From positions 97,807 through 161,806 of the forward strand of contig JABIEQ010000014.1 of assembly GCA_018651085.1 (NCBI GenBank): 64,000 bases of DNA. The letters are read 5' to 3'. The notes beneath the pieces are model-generated. The model made no database searches. It was not told where the DNA came from and saw only the letters and a program-made list of their open reading frames with translations. The position numbers and the translations under genes were made by a program. This document shows, piece after piece, positions 9,795 through 18,556 of this stretch; the first letter of the stretch is position 1; the number at the start of each line of letters is the position of its first letter. This stretch comes from Candidatus Magasanikiibacteriota bacterium (GTDB taxonomy: Bacteria; Patescibacteriota; Patescibacteriia; Magasanikbacterales; UBA922).

Positions 9795-9974
9795 CTATTC
9801 CTGACACGCGTAGAAATCTTCAACAGAAAACCCTTCACGATGTGCTAAAAATAAGGTTTCAACGTCTTTTGCACTCATATGAAAGATCTCACCAAGCACA
9901 GAAAAAGGGTACTTTTTCGGACAAACCTTGTGAAGATAGACAATAAGCTCTTGAACTTTGGTAGGGGTATCCAT
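9795..9974 (-). CDS. 59-aa small protein with a possible HTH
   Basis: Hand translation MDTPTKVQELIVYLHKVCPKKYPFSVLGEIFHMSAKDVETLFLAHREGFSVEDFYACQE*; fills the intergenic gap; just below the ORF-track cutoff. Confidence 0.6.
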   Translation of the reverse strand: MDTPTKVQELIVYLHKVCPKKYPFSVLGEIFHMSAKDVETLFLAHREGFSVEDFYACQE

Positions 9975-10036
9975 ATTCGTATGATTATATATGACACTGA
10001 TAGTATACGCCCAAAAAAGAACCCTTGTCTAGGGTA

Positions 10037-10621
10037 CTATTTAACTACCATAGAATATGCTCGAAGATCTCTCACGCGTCTTTTATAGTCGGGCATTTGA
10101 TCTTTTACAAGAGCCCAAAACCGAGGTCCATGATTCATTTCTTTAAGATGACATAATTCATGAACCACAATATAATCTGCTAAATGAACTGGCAAAAAAA
10201 GAATTTTATAACAAAAACTCAAATTCCCATCTTGTGAACAACTCCCCCATTGTGTTGATGTATTTCTCGCTTTTATTTGAGAAAAAGAGAAACCATAAAA
10301 CTGATTATAATAATGCACCCGTTCTCGTAAAAATTTCTCTGCTCGTCCCTTACATGCAGTATAACCGGTTTGCTTTAACCCTTGTGGTGGAGATAATGTT
10401 TTCTTAGAGCGATACCGTTTACGCTGCTTAATAATCCAAGCATACTTTTGTTGCAAAAATAGCTCAATACCGATATGAGGGAGCATTTTAGGGGCGACAA
10501 CCATAACAGTAGCATCATCACGCACAACAATCTTTAGCTGACTATACGCCTTTCTTTTAAGGGTATAGGAAATTTTCCCGTATGTATGTTTACTTACCAT
10601 ATAACTCATATCATACACCAA
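10037..10621 (-). CDS. YgjP/DUF45-like (M48/SprT-like) metal-dependent hydrolase
   Basis: WGSCS, DYIVVHELCHL-x3-HGPRFW. Confidence 0.9.
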   Translation of the reverse strand: MVYDMSYMVSKHTYGKISYTLKRKAYSQLKIVVRDDATVMVVAPKMLPHIGIELFLQQKYAWIIKQRKRYRSKKTLSPPQGLKQTGYTACKGRAEKFLRERVHYYNQFYGFSFSQIKARNTSTQWGSCSQDGNLSFCYKILFLPVHLADYIVVHELCHLKEMNHGPRFWALVKDQMPDYKRRVRDLRAYSMVVK

Positions 10622-10632
10622 TAGAAATAAAC

Positions 10633-10661
10633 AAAAAAGTAGCCTATATATAGACTACTTT
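10633..10661 (-). terminator. Terminator of the CotH-VTC-DUF4956 operon
   Basis: aaaagtagtcta-tata-taggctacttttttg on minus. Confidence 0.65.
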
Positions 10662-10678
10662 TAAAGAGAAAGATTCAA

Positions 10679-11371
10679 TTAATACTCAGACACATGTTTT
10701 GACGTAATAAATTCAACACGTTTCACACCCATAATAGCTTTAAGCCCTTCTGAAAGCTTCTCTAAATCAGCATCTTCTTTAAAATTTACAGAAAATGCAT
10801 AATGCCCACCATGCCCTGCCCGATATTTTGCATGCAAGCTATCATATTGAGCAGTGTGCGAATCAATAATTTTTGTTAGAAGATCTCTTGAGACATCTTC
10901 TGCTGTTTCAATAGTAAGAACGTATCCAGTAATAGTAGAGGTGTTCCCTACCCCAAAACCATACCGAGACATAATTAAAATAAATAAAGAAAGCATGAAT
11001 GTTGCAATAAATGCAATCACATAATTACTTGTTCCAACTGCTACTCCAGTTGAAAGAGCAAAAAATACAAAAGCAACATCACGTGTTTCTTTTACAATCG
11101 TACGAAAACGAATAAGAGAAAATGCTCCTAAAAGAGCAAAGGCTCCAATAAGATTATTTTGAACCACCATCATAATAATTGACCCCAAAACTCCAATCAT
11201 CACAAGTGTAAACAAAAATGATTGAGAATAAGAAAGTCCTCTATGGGTTCTTTTGTACACCCAGACAATAAGAAGTTGTAACGCAAAAGAAAGTACAATA
11301 TTAAACAAAATAATAGCTGCACTAAACTCTGTACCAGTAAGATTATAGAAATTAAACAGTTGACTATCCAT
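10679..11371 (-). CDS. DUF4956-family membrane protein (MgtC-like TM domain plus C-terminal soluble domain)
   Basis: YSQSF, NL-x2-AFALLGAFSLIRFRT, G-x-AVG signature; next to a VTC gene. Confidence 0.88.
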   Translation of the reverse strand: MDSQLFNFYNLTGTEFSAAIILFNIVLSFALQLLIVWVYKRTHRGLSYSQSFLFTLVMIGVLGSIIMMVVQNNLIGAFALLGAFSLIRFRTIVKETRDVAFVFFALSTGVAVGTSNYVIAFIATFMLSLFILIMSRYGFGVGNTSTITGYVLTIETAEDVSRDLLTKIIDSHTAQYDSLHAKYRAGHGGHYAFSVNFKEDADLEKLSEGLKAIMGVKRVEFITSKHVSEY

Positions 11372-11392
11372 ACATGTACTCTAAAAAATTAA

Positions 11393-12109
11393 TTAACGGG
11401 ATAACGGGGTATATTGATATACCTTATCGACAGAATTGGCATACTTAGAAAAGGACAAACGCTGAAGATCAAATTTTCTCACCATAACTCCAAACCACCA
11501 CGGTAAAGAATGAGAAAATTTAACCTCCATAACAACTTCTCCATCAAGCACGTCTAAAAAAGGATTATTCCCTTCATGCAAGCTACCTGTTGATTCAATT
11601 TGCTGCACTTCAATATCTCTATCAAACGTTAAACGCACTCCCCCATGAAACGATTCCACAAACGCCTCACGCATGTATCTCACAAGTAAAAAAGGAATAC
11701 GCCCTTCGTCAAAAAGATTATGGGAAAAAGAATCAAAACTTTTAACACAACCATCATTAAGAAAGGCTTTCCACTCTTCAATAGAAATTGAAACACGCTT
11801 TTTATCAACAAACATGTCATGCTTATTTTTAATCTCTAGATACACATGAGAAATATCCGCATCAAAATCCTGAGCATACACACGGGCACGTAACTTTTTT
11901 CGTACCAAGTATCCGCCAGCCTTATCATAATAATCATCAAGTCCAATTGACTCAAAATATAAACTCGTTACAGGGTATGGTGTATCATTAAAGGCATCGT
12001 GTTGCAAGCCTAAAGAAGTCACAAAATCATAGACTTGCATATAAGTAAGCGCATCGAGTCTATACTTAAACTCATACCGATCATATCGTTGCGTAGTATT
12101 CTTTTTCAT
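11393..12109 (-). CDS. VTC domain (polyphosphate polymerase, CYTH/TTM fold) protein
   Basis: RYEFKY, SLYF, RKKLRARVY, LEIK-x-K, Y-x-REAF, RLTFD, MEVKF, FSKY. Confidence 0.92.
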   Translation of the reverse strand: MKKNTTQRYDRYEFKYRLDALTYMQVYDFVTSLGLQHDAFNDTPYPVTSLYFESIGLDDYYDKAGGYLVRKKLRARVYAQDFDADISHVYLEIKNKHDMFVDKKRVSISIEEWKAFLNDGCVKSFDSFSHNLFDEGRIPFLLVRYMREAFVESFHGGVRLTFDRDIEVQQIESTGSLHEGNNPFLDVLDGEVVMEVKFSHSLPWWFGVMVRKFDLQRLSFSKYANSVDKVYQYTPLSR

Positions 12110-12112
12110 AAC

Positions 12113-14389
12113 CTATTGCAAAATACAAGACCTATTAGATATACACGTCACTTCTGAATAATCATCATGTTCAGTATATACATCATTACCATCAAAAGAA
12201 TTATCACCAAGACGTGCTACTCCCCCACCAAATTCAGGTTTCTTTCTGTACGTTGAAACCCCCGTATGGTTTGACGAAATAACATTATTTGTAATGATAG
12301 CAGTAGATAGATCTTTAACAGCAATAGCAATATCACAATCTACAATGGTATTTCCATCAATAGAGGGAGTAGAATGCTCACCAACACTTATGCCTTTATC
12401 AACACAACCATCTATTGTATTTTCTTCAATACGGACAGTACTAAAAGAAAGATCAATAGCATCTCCCCCACCATTAACAAATTTATTTCCTTTTATAATA
12501 AAGTCACCTTCTGCATAATCAAGATCAAACCCATCAGATGAGTTATTTTCAAAGAAAGAATTAATAACCTCGCCAGATGACATTTTTATATTTAACGCAT
12601 CATCATCCTTAGCTCGTAAAAATTGAACAGTATCAATAGAGACATCACTATTATGAAAGGCAAGCATACCTGTTACGATAACACCATTAACACGGTCTCC
12701 TGATCCCCCGTCAAAGGTAGCATGTGTCACAATGCTTCGTTTAGAAGCATTAATAGACACAAGACTTCCCCAAGGTTTATCTTCACGAAGACGCAATACT
12801 TTAATTGGTTGAAATAAAGTTCCCTCCATATCAAATCCACCATAACTTACAAGAGACACCCCATCGTCAAGACGAAGTGTTGTTCCTGGAAATACCTTTA
12901 GCGTAAAACCAAGCGGTAACACCACCGTTTGAGAGATAACATGATTACCCGAAATACCAAGAGTATTCTTATCAACAAAGAAGAACCTAGGATGCTGTAC
13001 CAAGAACTGATCAACTGAGGAAGATACATCCTCTAAATATGAAAAGCTTCCCGCAGGTTCAAAGACAGTTCCTTCTTCAACATTATAGGTATAATATTCT
13101 TTATCATACGATAAGACATCTCTTGCTGCCGTAAAATTATCTTCAACATACGTACGATGTTTTTTCACAAAAGACAGAAATTGAAAATTATTATAGAGTT
13201 TATTATGATCCTTTAAAAAATCAATCTTCACATGATCATAAAGATTATCATAAAAGGCTAAATCATCTTCAAGATTTTTTTCATCATCAAGGTATGCAAG
13301 AAGACGCATATTTCGTTCTTCTTTAAACGTGTCAAAAGACATTAACCTTCTTGTAAGTGTTGATACATTGTCTTTATACGGAGAGGCTGGAGGAAATAGA
13401 TACATGTCCCATGGAATCATTTCAAATCGCCCAGTCACCCCATTAAAATAGATAACAGCATTACCATGCTCATTTGTATGATTACTCTGAGACAAAATCT
13501 TTAAAATATTCCAATTATAAACACTCTCAAGATTAAATAAAACCGGAGCGAGCTTTTGAAATGTCTCATCATCAGCATAATGAATAAAACGAAAGAATGT
13601 AGAAATTTCTTCATCTGGTTCAGAAAAAACATCAACGTCAGCTAAAACATTCTTATATTGTTTTTCATCATTAATATATTCTACAAATTCATCTCTTCCA
13701 AGATATAAGGCTGATTCCGGTAATCCTTTTTTTGCCAAAAATTCTTTTGACCAATGTTCAAACGTTAAAAACACTCCCCCATCATTTCCATTAAAATCAA
13801 GACGAGAAAAAAACATATCAATAGATATGAGACCTAACTTTTTTGCCCGATACATCGCAAGCGGCTCAGAAAAATACGCCCGATCATACGGAATCACAAA
13901 ATTCACGACTCTTCGCCCTTCCCAAAAATCGCCATCAGGAAACTTCACACGAAAAGATTTTTTTAAACTATTCCAATGGTTTGCATTAAGTCCACGATAC
14001 CGCACTTTTATTTTTTCTACATACCCGTCAAAAAATGAACCAAAATATCCACTAACATACACACGACTATCTTGTTCTAACTTACCACGAAGTGCATTAT
14101 CTTTAGGAAGATTATCATTCAACCTCGCAATATTATTCGGCGTAATAACAAGCTTATACTCTGGGAGAGTATTTGGTATAAAAAAAGTATGTACAAATAA
14201 TACATCAGGAATTTTACGAAGTGAATGATACGAATGTAAAAAATGCTGAACGTATTTATTTTGATCAAGTAACAATCCCCGCCTATTTACATCCTGAGAA
14301 AGGTACACACCATAACCAGCACCCAACAAAACAAAGGATACACCTAAAAATAATAATATGTATTTATACGAAAGAAATTGTCTTAACAT
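12113..14389 (-). CDS. Membrane-anchored CotH-family kinase fused to a right-handed beta-helix
   Basis: N-terminal TM; KVRYRG, KKSFRV, G-x-F-x2-EH, IPWD; C-terminal DALN/DGFDLD/DAIDLS/DKGISVGE beta-helix repeats. Confidence 0.85.
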   Translation of the reverse strand: MLRQFLSYKYILLFLGVSFVLLGAGYGVYLSQDVNRRGLLLDQNKYVQHFLHSYHSLRKIPDVLFVHTFFIPNTLPEYKLVITPNNIARLNDNLPKDNALRGKLEQDSRVYVSGYFGSFFDGYVEKIKVRYRGLNANHWNSLKKSFRVKFPDGDFWEGRRVVNFVIPYDRAYFSEPLAMYRAKKLGLISIDMFFSRLDFNGNDGGVFLTFEHWSKEFLAKKGLPESALYLGRDEFVEYINDEKQYKNVLADVDVFSEPDEEISTFFRFIHYADDETFQKLAPVLFNLESVYNWNILKILSQSNHTNEHGNAVIYFNGVTGRFEMIPWDMYLFPPASPYKDNVSTLTRRLMSFDTFKEERNMRLLAYLDDEKNLEDDLAFYDNLYDHVKIDFLKDHNKLYNNFQFLSFVKKHRTYVEDNFTAARDVLSYDKEYYTYNVEEGTVFEPAGSFSYLEDVSSSVDQFLVQHPRFFFVDKNTLGISGNHVISQTVVLPLGFTLKVFPGTTLRLDDGVSLVSYGGFDMEGTLFQPIKVLRLREDKPWGSLVSINASKRSIVTHATFDGGSGDRVNGVIVTGMLAFHNSDVSIDTVQFLRAKDDDALNIKMSSGEVINSFFENNSSDGFDLDYAEGDFIIKGNKFVNGGGDAIDLSFSTVRIEENTIDGCVDKGISVGEHSTPSIDGNTIVDCDIAIAVKDLSTAIITNNVISSNHTGVSTYRKKPEFGGGVARLGDNSFDGNDVYTEHDDYSEVTCISNRSCILQ

Positions 14390-14513
14390 AGCGAATTATT
14401 GAGATACAAAAAAACAATGCTTATACTAGACAAACAATAACCTAAGCCCCCATAAAAATCAAGGACTATACTAGAAAGCCCTAGTATAGCTAAAAATAGA
14501 AAAAAACATGATG

Positions 14514-15386
14514 TTATAAAATAACACTATCAACAGTATTTTCTTCTCGTACAATTTCAGGAAGAATATACATATCGGCCTTATATTCATCTAATCCTAC
14601 AAACTCTCCTTCCCCTTTTAATACTCGTTCATAAGGAGTACAGGCATAACATCCTTCATCTCCATTCGGACAATCAAACTTTTTCAATTGACGAAACAAC
14701 TTTATCTTTCTTGCAATTTCTAAAATTTGAGCTCTTCCTTCTTCTAAATCAGGAAGTGTTTTTTCTGTTAATTCATCTGAATGTGCTAAATACCAATAAC
14801 TTGCTTTTGTTACCTTCCTCTTTTGGCATTCATGCACTAGCAAATGATAAATTGGCAATTGTAATGATTTGTCGTCTTCCTGATTTTTCCCCGTCTTAAA
14901 ATCAATAATATGCACACTGTCAGTGTCTTCTAGATATTCAAGCCAATCTACTTTTCCACATAAAATAATTTGTTCTTCTTCAGAAAGCCAGAAATGTGGT
15001 AAGTCCTGCGTAATCTTTACAGATAAATTAGAAATAGGCCCTGGGTGATTATATACTTTTGTCATCATTTCTTCCCCACGACGCTTATACGTTAATTCAA
15101 CATCTTCATCCACGAACCCACCAAGTTTTCCAGTCACCTTTTTCCAAGCATCAGAAAAACGATTCATGAGAGGAACAGTGAACCGTTCATTCGTTTTTAA
15201 TACAGATAATGATTCTAATGCTTCATGCACTGCTTGCCCTAAAGCAAGTGGCGCACTCATAATCTTTATCTTATGACCTGTCTTTGGATCTTTATACATG
15301 TGTTTCAAATAATAAGACCGTGGACAAGCACGAAAACTTGTAATAGATGTGTGAGAAACCCAGACAGCAGTATATTTATCTGACAT
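14514..15386 (-). CDS. PD-(D/E)XK nuclease, RecB/Cas4-like, with a probable 4Fe-4S staple
   Basis: SHTSI-x2-F-x2-CPRSY, GQAVH, GKVD, IIDFKTG, QL-x2-Y, CP-x5-C-x2-C. Confidence 0.88.
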   Translation of the reverse strand: MSDKYTAVWVSHTSITSFRACPRSYYLKHMYKDPKTGHKIKIMSAPLALGQAVHEALESLSVLKTNERFTVPLMNRFSDAWKKVTGKLGGFVDEDVELTYKRRGEEMMTKVYNHPGPISNLSVKITQDLPHFWLSEEEQIILCGKVDWLEYLEDTDSVHIIDFKTGKNQEDDKSLQLPIYHLLVHECQKRKVTKASYWYLAHSDELTEKTLPDLEEGRAQILEIARKIKLFRQLKKFDCPNGDEGCYACTPYERVLKGEGEFVGLDEYKADMYILPEIVREENTVDSVIL

Positions 15387-15392
15387 AACTAA

Positions 15393-16139
15393 TTATTCAA
15401 GAAATAATAATGAAGCCATGACTAAAATCCCAGCAACGAATGCAATAAGTTGCAAAATAGACTTTCCAACACGAGTCTCTCTGTGTAATTCAGGAATAAG
15501 GTCGCTTCCCGCAATATACAAAAATGTTCCAATAGCAAATGGGACTAAAAATGATTCAAGTGAACTAACACGACTTCCCAGAAACAACGCAATGAGTGTT
15601 CCAGCTAGTGCCACAAGGCCACTTAAAAAATTAAATAGTAATGCCTTCTTTTTCGTAAATCCACCATGCAAAAGTATTCCGTAATCTCCAATCTCTTGTG
15701 GAAGCTCATGAAGAAATACAGCAAGCGTTGTTGCAACCCCCACAGGAATACTCACAAGGTACGCAATACCAATAATTAATCCATCAATAAAGTTATGGAT
15801 TCCATCTCCAACAAGATTAATCTTTGCAAAAGCATGTGCGTGTCCATCTTCTCCTGGCGCATGATGACAATGTCGCCATTGGATAACCTTTTCAACAATA
15901 AATAAGAAAATAATACCAAGAAGAATATATACTGATGTCTGCATGCTAAAACCCATTTCTTCAACATGCTCAGGAAATAAATGGAAAAATACATCACCAA
16001 ATAAAGCTCCTGCAGAAAAACTTACTAAATAAATAAGCATCGTTTTAAGACTTTTTGTTTTAAGAGAAAACGTCAAAAGCCCAATAAGAGAAACAAGACT
16101 TACTAAAACGACACTTGAAATTGCATATATATAAAGCAT
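15393..16139 (-). CDS. ZIP family zinc transporter
   Basis: HLFPE, His-rich loop, GDGIHNFIDG, HELPQEIGD, DLIPELH. Confidence 0.95.
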   Translation of the reverse strand: MLYIYAISSVVLVSLVSLIGLLTFSLKTKSLKTMLIYLVSFSAGALFGDVFFHLFPEHVEEMGFSMQTSVYILLGIIFLFIVEKVIQWRHCHHAPGEDGHAHAFAKINLVGDGIHNFIDGLIIGIAYLVSIPVGVATTLAVFLHELPQEIGDYGILLHGGFTKKKALLFNFLSGLVALAGTLIALFLGSRVSSLESFLVPFAIGTFLYIAGSDLIPELHRETRVGKSILQLIAFVAGILVMASLLFLE

Positions 16140-16150
16140 AAAATATATCA

Positions 16151-16546
16151 TTATATACTTGAACACTTTGAGCACACTCCTGTTAAGTGTACTGTGTGAT
16201 GAATATTACGAAAACCTGGAATAGTTTTTTCTTCTATGTCACATGGCACACATTTACTTCCACTACACTCAATGCATGTTATATGATGATGGTGAGCCGT
16301 TGGATGGTGTAATTCATAATATTGACTACCATCTCGTTGTGTAACTGTGTGTACAGCATCAACTTGTTCTAATACATCAAGAGTTCTATACACCGCAACC
16401 CGATCAACATCTAAAAGAGCATCAATAAGGTCTTGTGCTGAAAATATCCCTTTTGTTTGAAGAATATACGAAATAATGGTCTTTCTCGAACGAGTAAGAC
16501 GATATCCAACCTTTGTAAGACGCTTCTTAATCCACGATTCAACCAT
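16151..16546 (-). CDS. Fur-family regulator, probably Zur (start re-called to MVESW)
   Basis: RLT-x-SR, VYRTL, HHHHITC-x2-C, C-terminal C-x2-C; directly upstream of ZIP. Confidence 0.9.
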   Translation of the reverse strand: MVESWIKKRLTKVGYRLTRSRKTIISYILQTKGIFSAQDLIDALLDVDRVAVYRTLDVLEQVDAVHTVTQRDGSQYYELHHPTAHHHHITCIECSGSKCVPCDIEEKTIPGFRNIHHTVHLTGVCSKCSSI

Positions 16547-16560
16547 AATATGTCCGTTAA

Positions 16561-16604
16561 TGAAACTCAATTTCAATTATAAACACACAAATCAACGCTG
16601 TCAA
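16561..16604 (-). promoter_or_regulatory. Perfect sigma70 promoter plus 7-1-7 Fur-type operator
   Basis: TTGACA(16599-16604)-17-TATAAT(16576-16581); TGAAACT-C-AATTTCA (one mismatch) at 16561-16575, immediately downstream of the -10. Confidence 0.8.
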
Positions 16605-16641
16605 GTAACATAAAAATACATATACCCATAAAAAAACACCT

Positions 16642-17180
16642 TTACTCTATGGTTAAATTAGGATATTCATTTTGTAACAATTTTTTTTCCTCATTAGGTA
16701 GACTATCCAAGCAAAGTACTTCCTCTACTTCTCCAAATATGACATCTTTTAGACTAGTGAGACTACTAAGGTAAAGAGTTCCTCCCACATCTGGTAAAGT
16801 TATATCTTTTAAACTCGTTAAACTACGAAGAGCAAGATGCCCTTCTACATTTCCAAAAGTTACACCTTCTAAACTAGTCACACTACGAAGATCAAGATTT
16901 CCTCTTACATCTCCAAAAGTTACACCTTCTAAACTAGTCACACTCATAAAGAGAAGATCTCCTCCTACATTTGATAGCGTTACATCCTCTAAGTTCGTCA
17001 CAGCACGAAGGTCAAGATGCCCTTTCACATCTGTAACCAGTCCTCGATTTTTTTTCTTGGTTGCTCTTCCTTCTCTTCCTTTCGTTCTTCACGTTGCCAT
17101 TGCAGATGTTCCACAATTGGCTCTTTATGAAGTGATGGATCTTGCCTATGAAGAAAATGCTCTGGGTTTCTTGGTCGCAT
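16642..17180 (-). pseudogene. Frameshifted, probably internally deleted LRR-repeat protein gene
   Basis: N-terminal MRPRNPEHFLHRQDPSLH...KIEDWLQM stops at 17025; LRR-like repeats continue in a shifted frame across the junction CAG ATG TGA AAG / GAT GTG AAA GGG. Confidence 0.65.
16700..17030 (-). repeat. Degenerate 60-bp (20-aa) tandem repeat, about 5.5 copies, LRR-like GxLDLRSxTSLEGVTFGxV
   Basis: tccaaaagttacaccttctaaactagtcacact recurs at 16852 and 16912. Confidence 0.85.
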
Positions 17181-17251
17181 AAAACAAATATTATCTAGTA
17201 GACCCTCTTCAAAAAAAATTATAACATAACAAAATAGATATGCCCATAAAA

Positions 17252-17741
17252 AAATACCCCTACTCATAGAGTAAGGGTATTTAATATATTCCTTTTCGTC
17301 CTGCAACAATCTTTCAAATATGGACTCATCAGTACCAAACACATTGGTATAAGGCGAGAGTGGGTAGAACACTCTCTGGGGGGGGGATCTCCTTGCTAGG
17401 AGAAAAAAAGAACACTAGGCTCTTCCATGTCTACCGTCCTTTTACAGGACCATGAAAGAGCGCCTCACGCGCCGGCATTGCCGGTCAGATGTTGGGGGCC
17501 TCGCCGCCGACATCACTCAAAGAAAAAATAATGATCATCGCCGTTGCACGCTCCAAATGTCGTTTCACTAATACTCCTTGGTCCATTATTATAACCCACA
17601 GACCGGAGGGAAAGCGCGGAGGCCTAGACCGCTTCGAAAGGCATTTCAGATAGTAATCATTCCTATATAAAATGCTTTTCGAAGGGTTTCTAATACCATC
17701 CATAGACAAAAAAATATATCATATAATGAAAGAATTGTCAA
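17252..17741 (-). ncRNA. Candidate structured RNA or decayed orphan cassette (promoter to terminator; only a 27-aa ORF at 17485-17568)
   Basis: TTGACA-17-TATATT at 17713-17741; chain of at least 7 hairpins; terminator at 17252-17282; GC-rich. Confidence 0.45.
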
Positions 17742-17852
17742 GAAGCATAGGTAGATTTTGACTGTATATAGCAAAAATATACTTAACACATCTCATTATA
17801 CTTGAAGAGCTTCCTACTCTCATGCATACTACTTATACCTTTATATACTATT

Positions 17853-18494
17853 ATGAAAAGAAAAAAACGTATTCGATTTGAAAACCTTAAAACATTTAAA
17901 AACACCACCGAATTACCAATAAAGATACAAGGCACTTGGCATACTATATTTACAAATAACCACCCTATTACTTTAGAACTTGGATGTGGAAAGGGAGAAT
18001 ATACTATTGCACTAGCAAAAAAATATAAAGAAAAAAACTTTATTGGCGTTGACATTCAAGGAGAACGTATCTGGTCTGGAGCAACCGAAGCAAAAAAAGA
18101 TAAACTCACAAATGTTCATTTTCTTCGAGTATATATTGATCACATTGATACGTACTTTATTAAAAATGAGATAGAAGAAATATGGATAACATTCCCAGAC
18201 CCACACCCAAAAGAAAGAAAAAGCAAAAAAAGATTAACTTCTCCCCTATTTTTAGAAAGATATAAACACATTCTAAAAGAAAACGGATCTGTCCATTTAA
18301 AAACAGACAACCACGACTTATTTATATATACACTAGACGTAATCAAAAAAACAAAAGGTACCATTAAAAATATACAAAATCCTATTGATGAACAAAACTT
18401 ACAAGAGGATTCCCTATTACATATTGAAACAACCTACGAAAAAATATACAAAAAACAAGGAAAACCCATCTATTATGTAGAGTGGTCTCTATAA
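17853..18494 (+). CDS. trmB: tRNA (guanine-N7)-methyltransferase
   Basis: LELGCGKGE, FIGVD, FPDPHPK, KTD, TTYE; start re-called to MKRKKR. Confidence 0.95.
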   Translation: MKRKKRIRFENLKTFKNTTELPIKIQGTWHTIFTNNHPITLELGCGKGEYTIALAKKYKEKNFIGVDIQGERIWSGATEAKKDKLTNVHFLRVYIDHIDTYFIKNEIEEIWITFPDPHPKERKSKKRLTSPLFLERYKHILKENGSVHLKTDNHDLFIYTLDVIKKTKGTIKNIQNPIDEQNLQEDSLLHIETTYEKIYKKQGKPIYYVEWSL

Positions 18495-18556
18495 TCTATT
18501 TGCGAGAAACAAAAAACTCACGTATGATAAAAAAAATTATTCATAACTATATACCT

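Noticed and set aside
14514-15386. Cas4 of a CRISPR-Cas system
   Set aside because: No array or other cas genes in the window; treated as a solo PD-(D/E)XK nuclease
16700-17030. 60-bp periodic repeat as a CRISPR array
   Set aside because: In-frame coding repeat with no unique spacers
17025-17372. 115-aa ORF as listed in the track
   Set aside because: Its 5' part runs through a terminator and AT-rich spacer; only 17025-17180 looks protein-like
17485-17487. TGA recoding (Gly or Sec) to extend the short ORF
   Set aside because: A TAG follows soon in the same frame, and TGA is a normal stop in tatD, infA and pyrG
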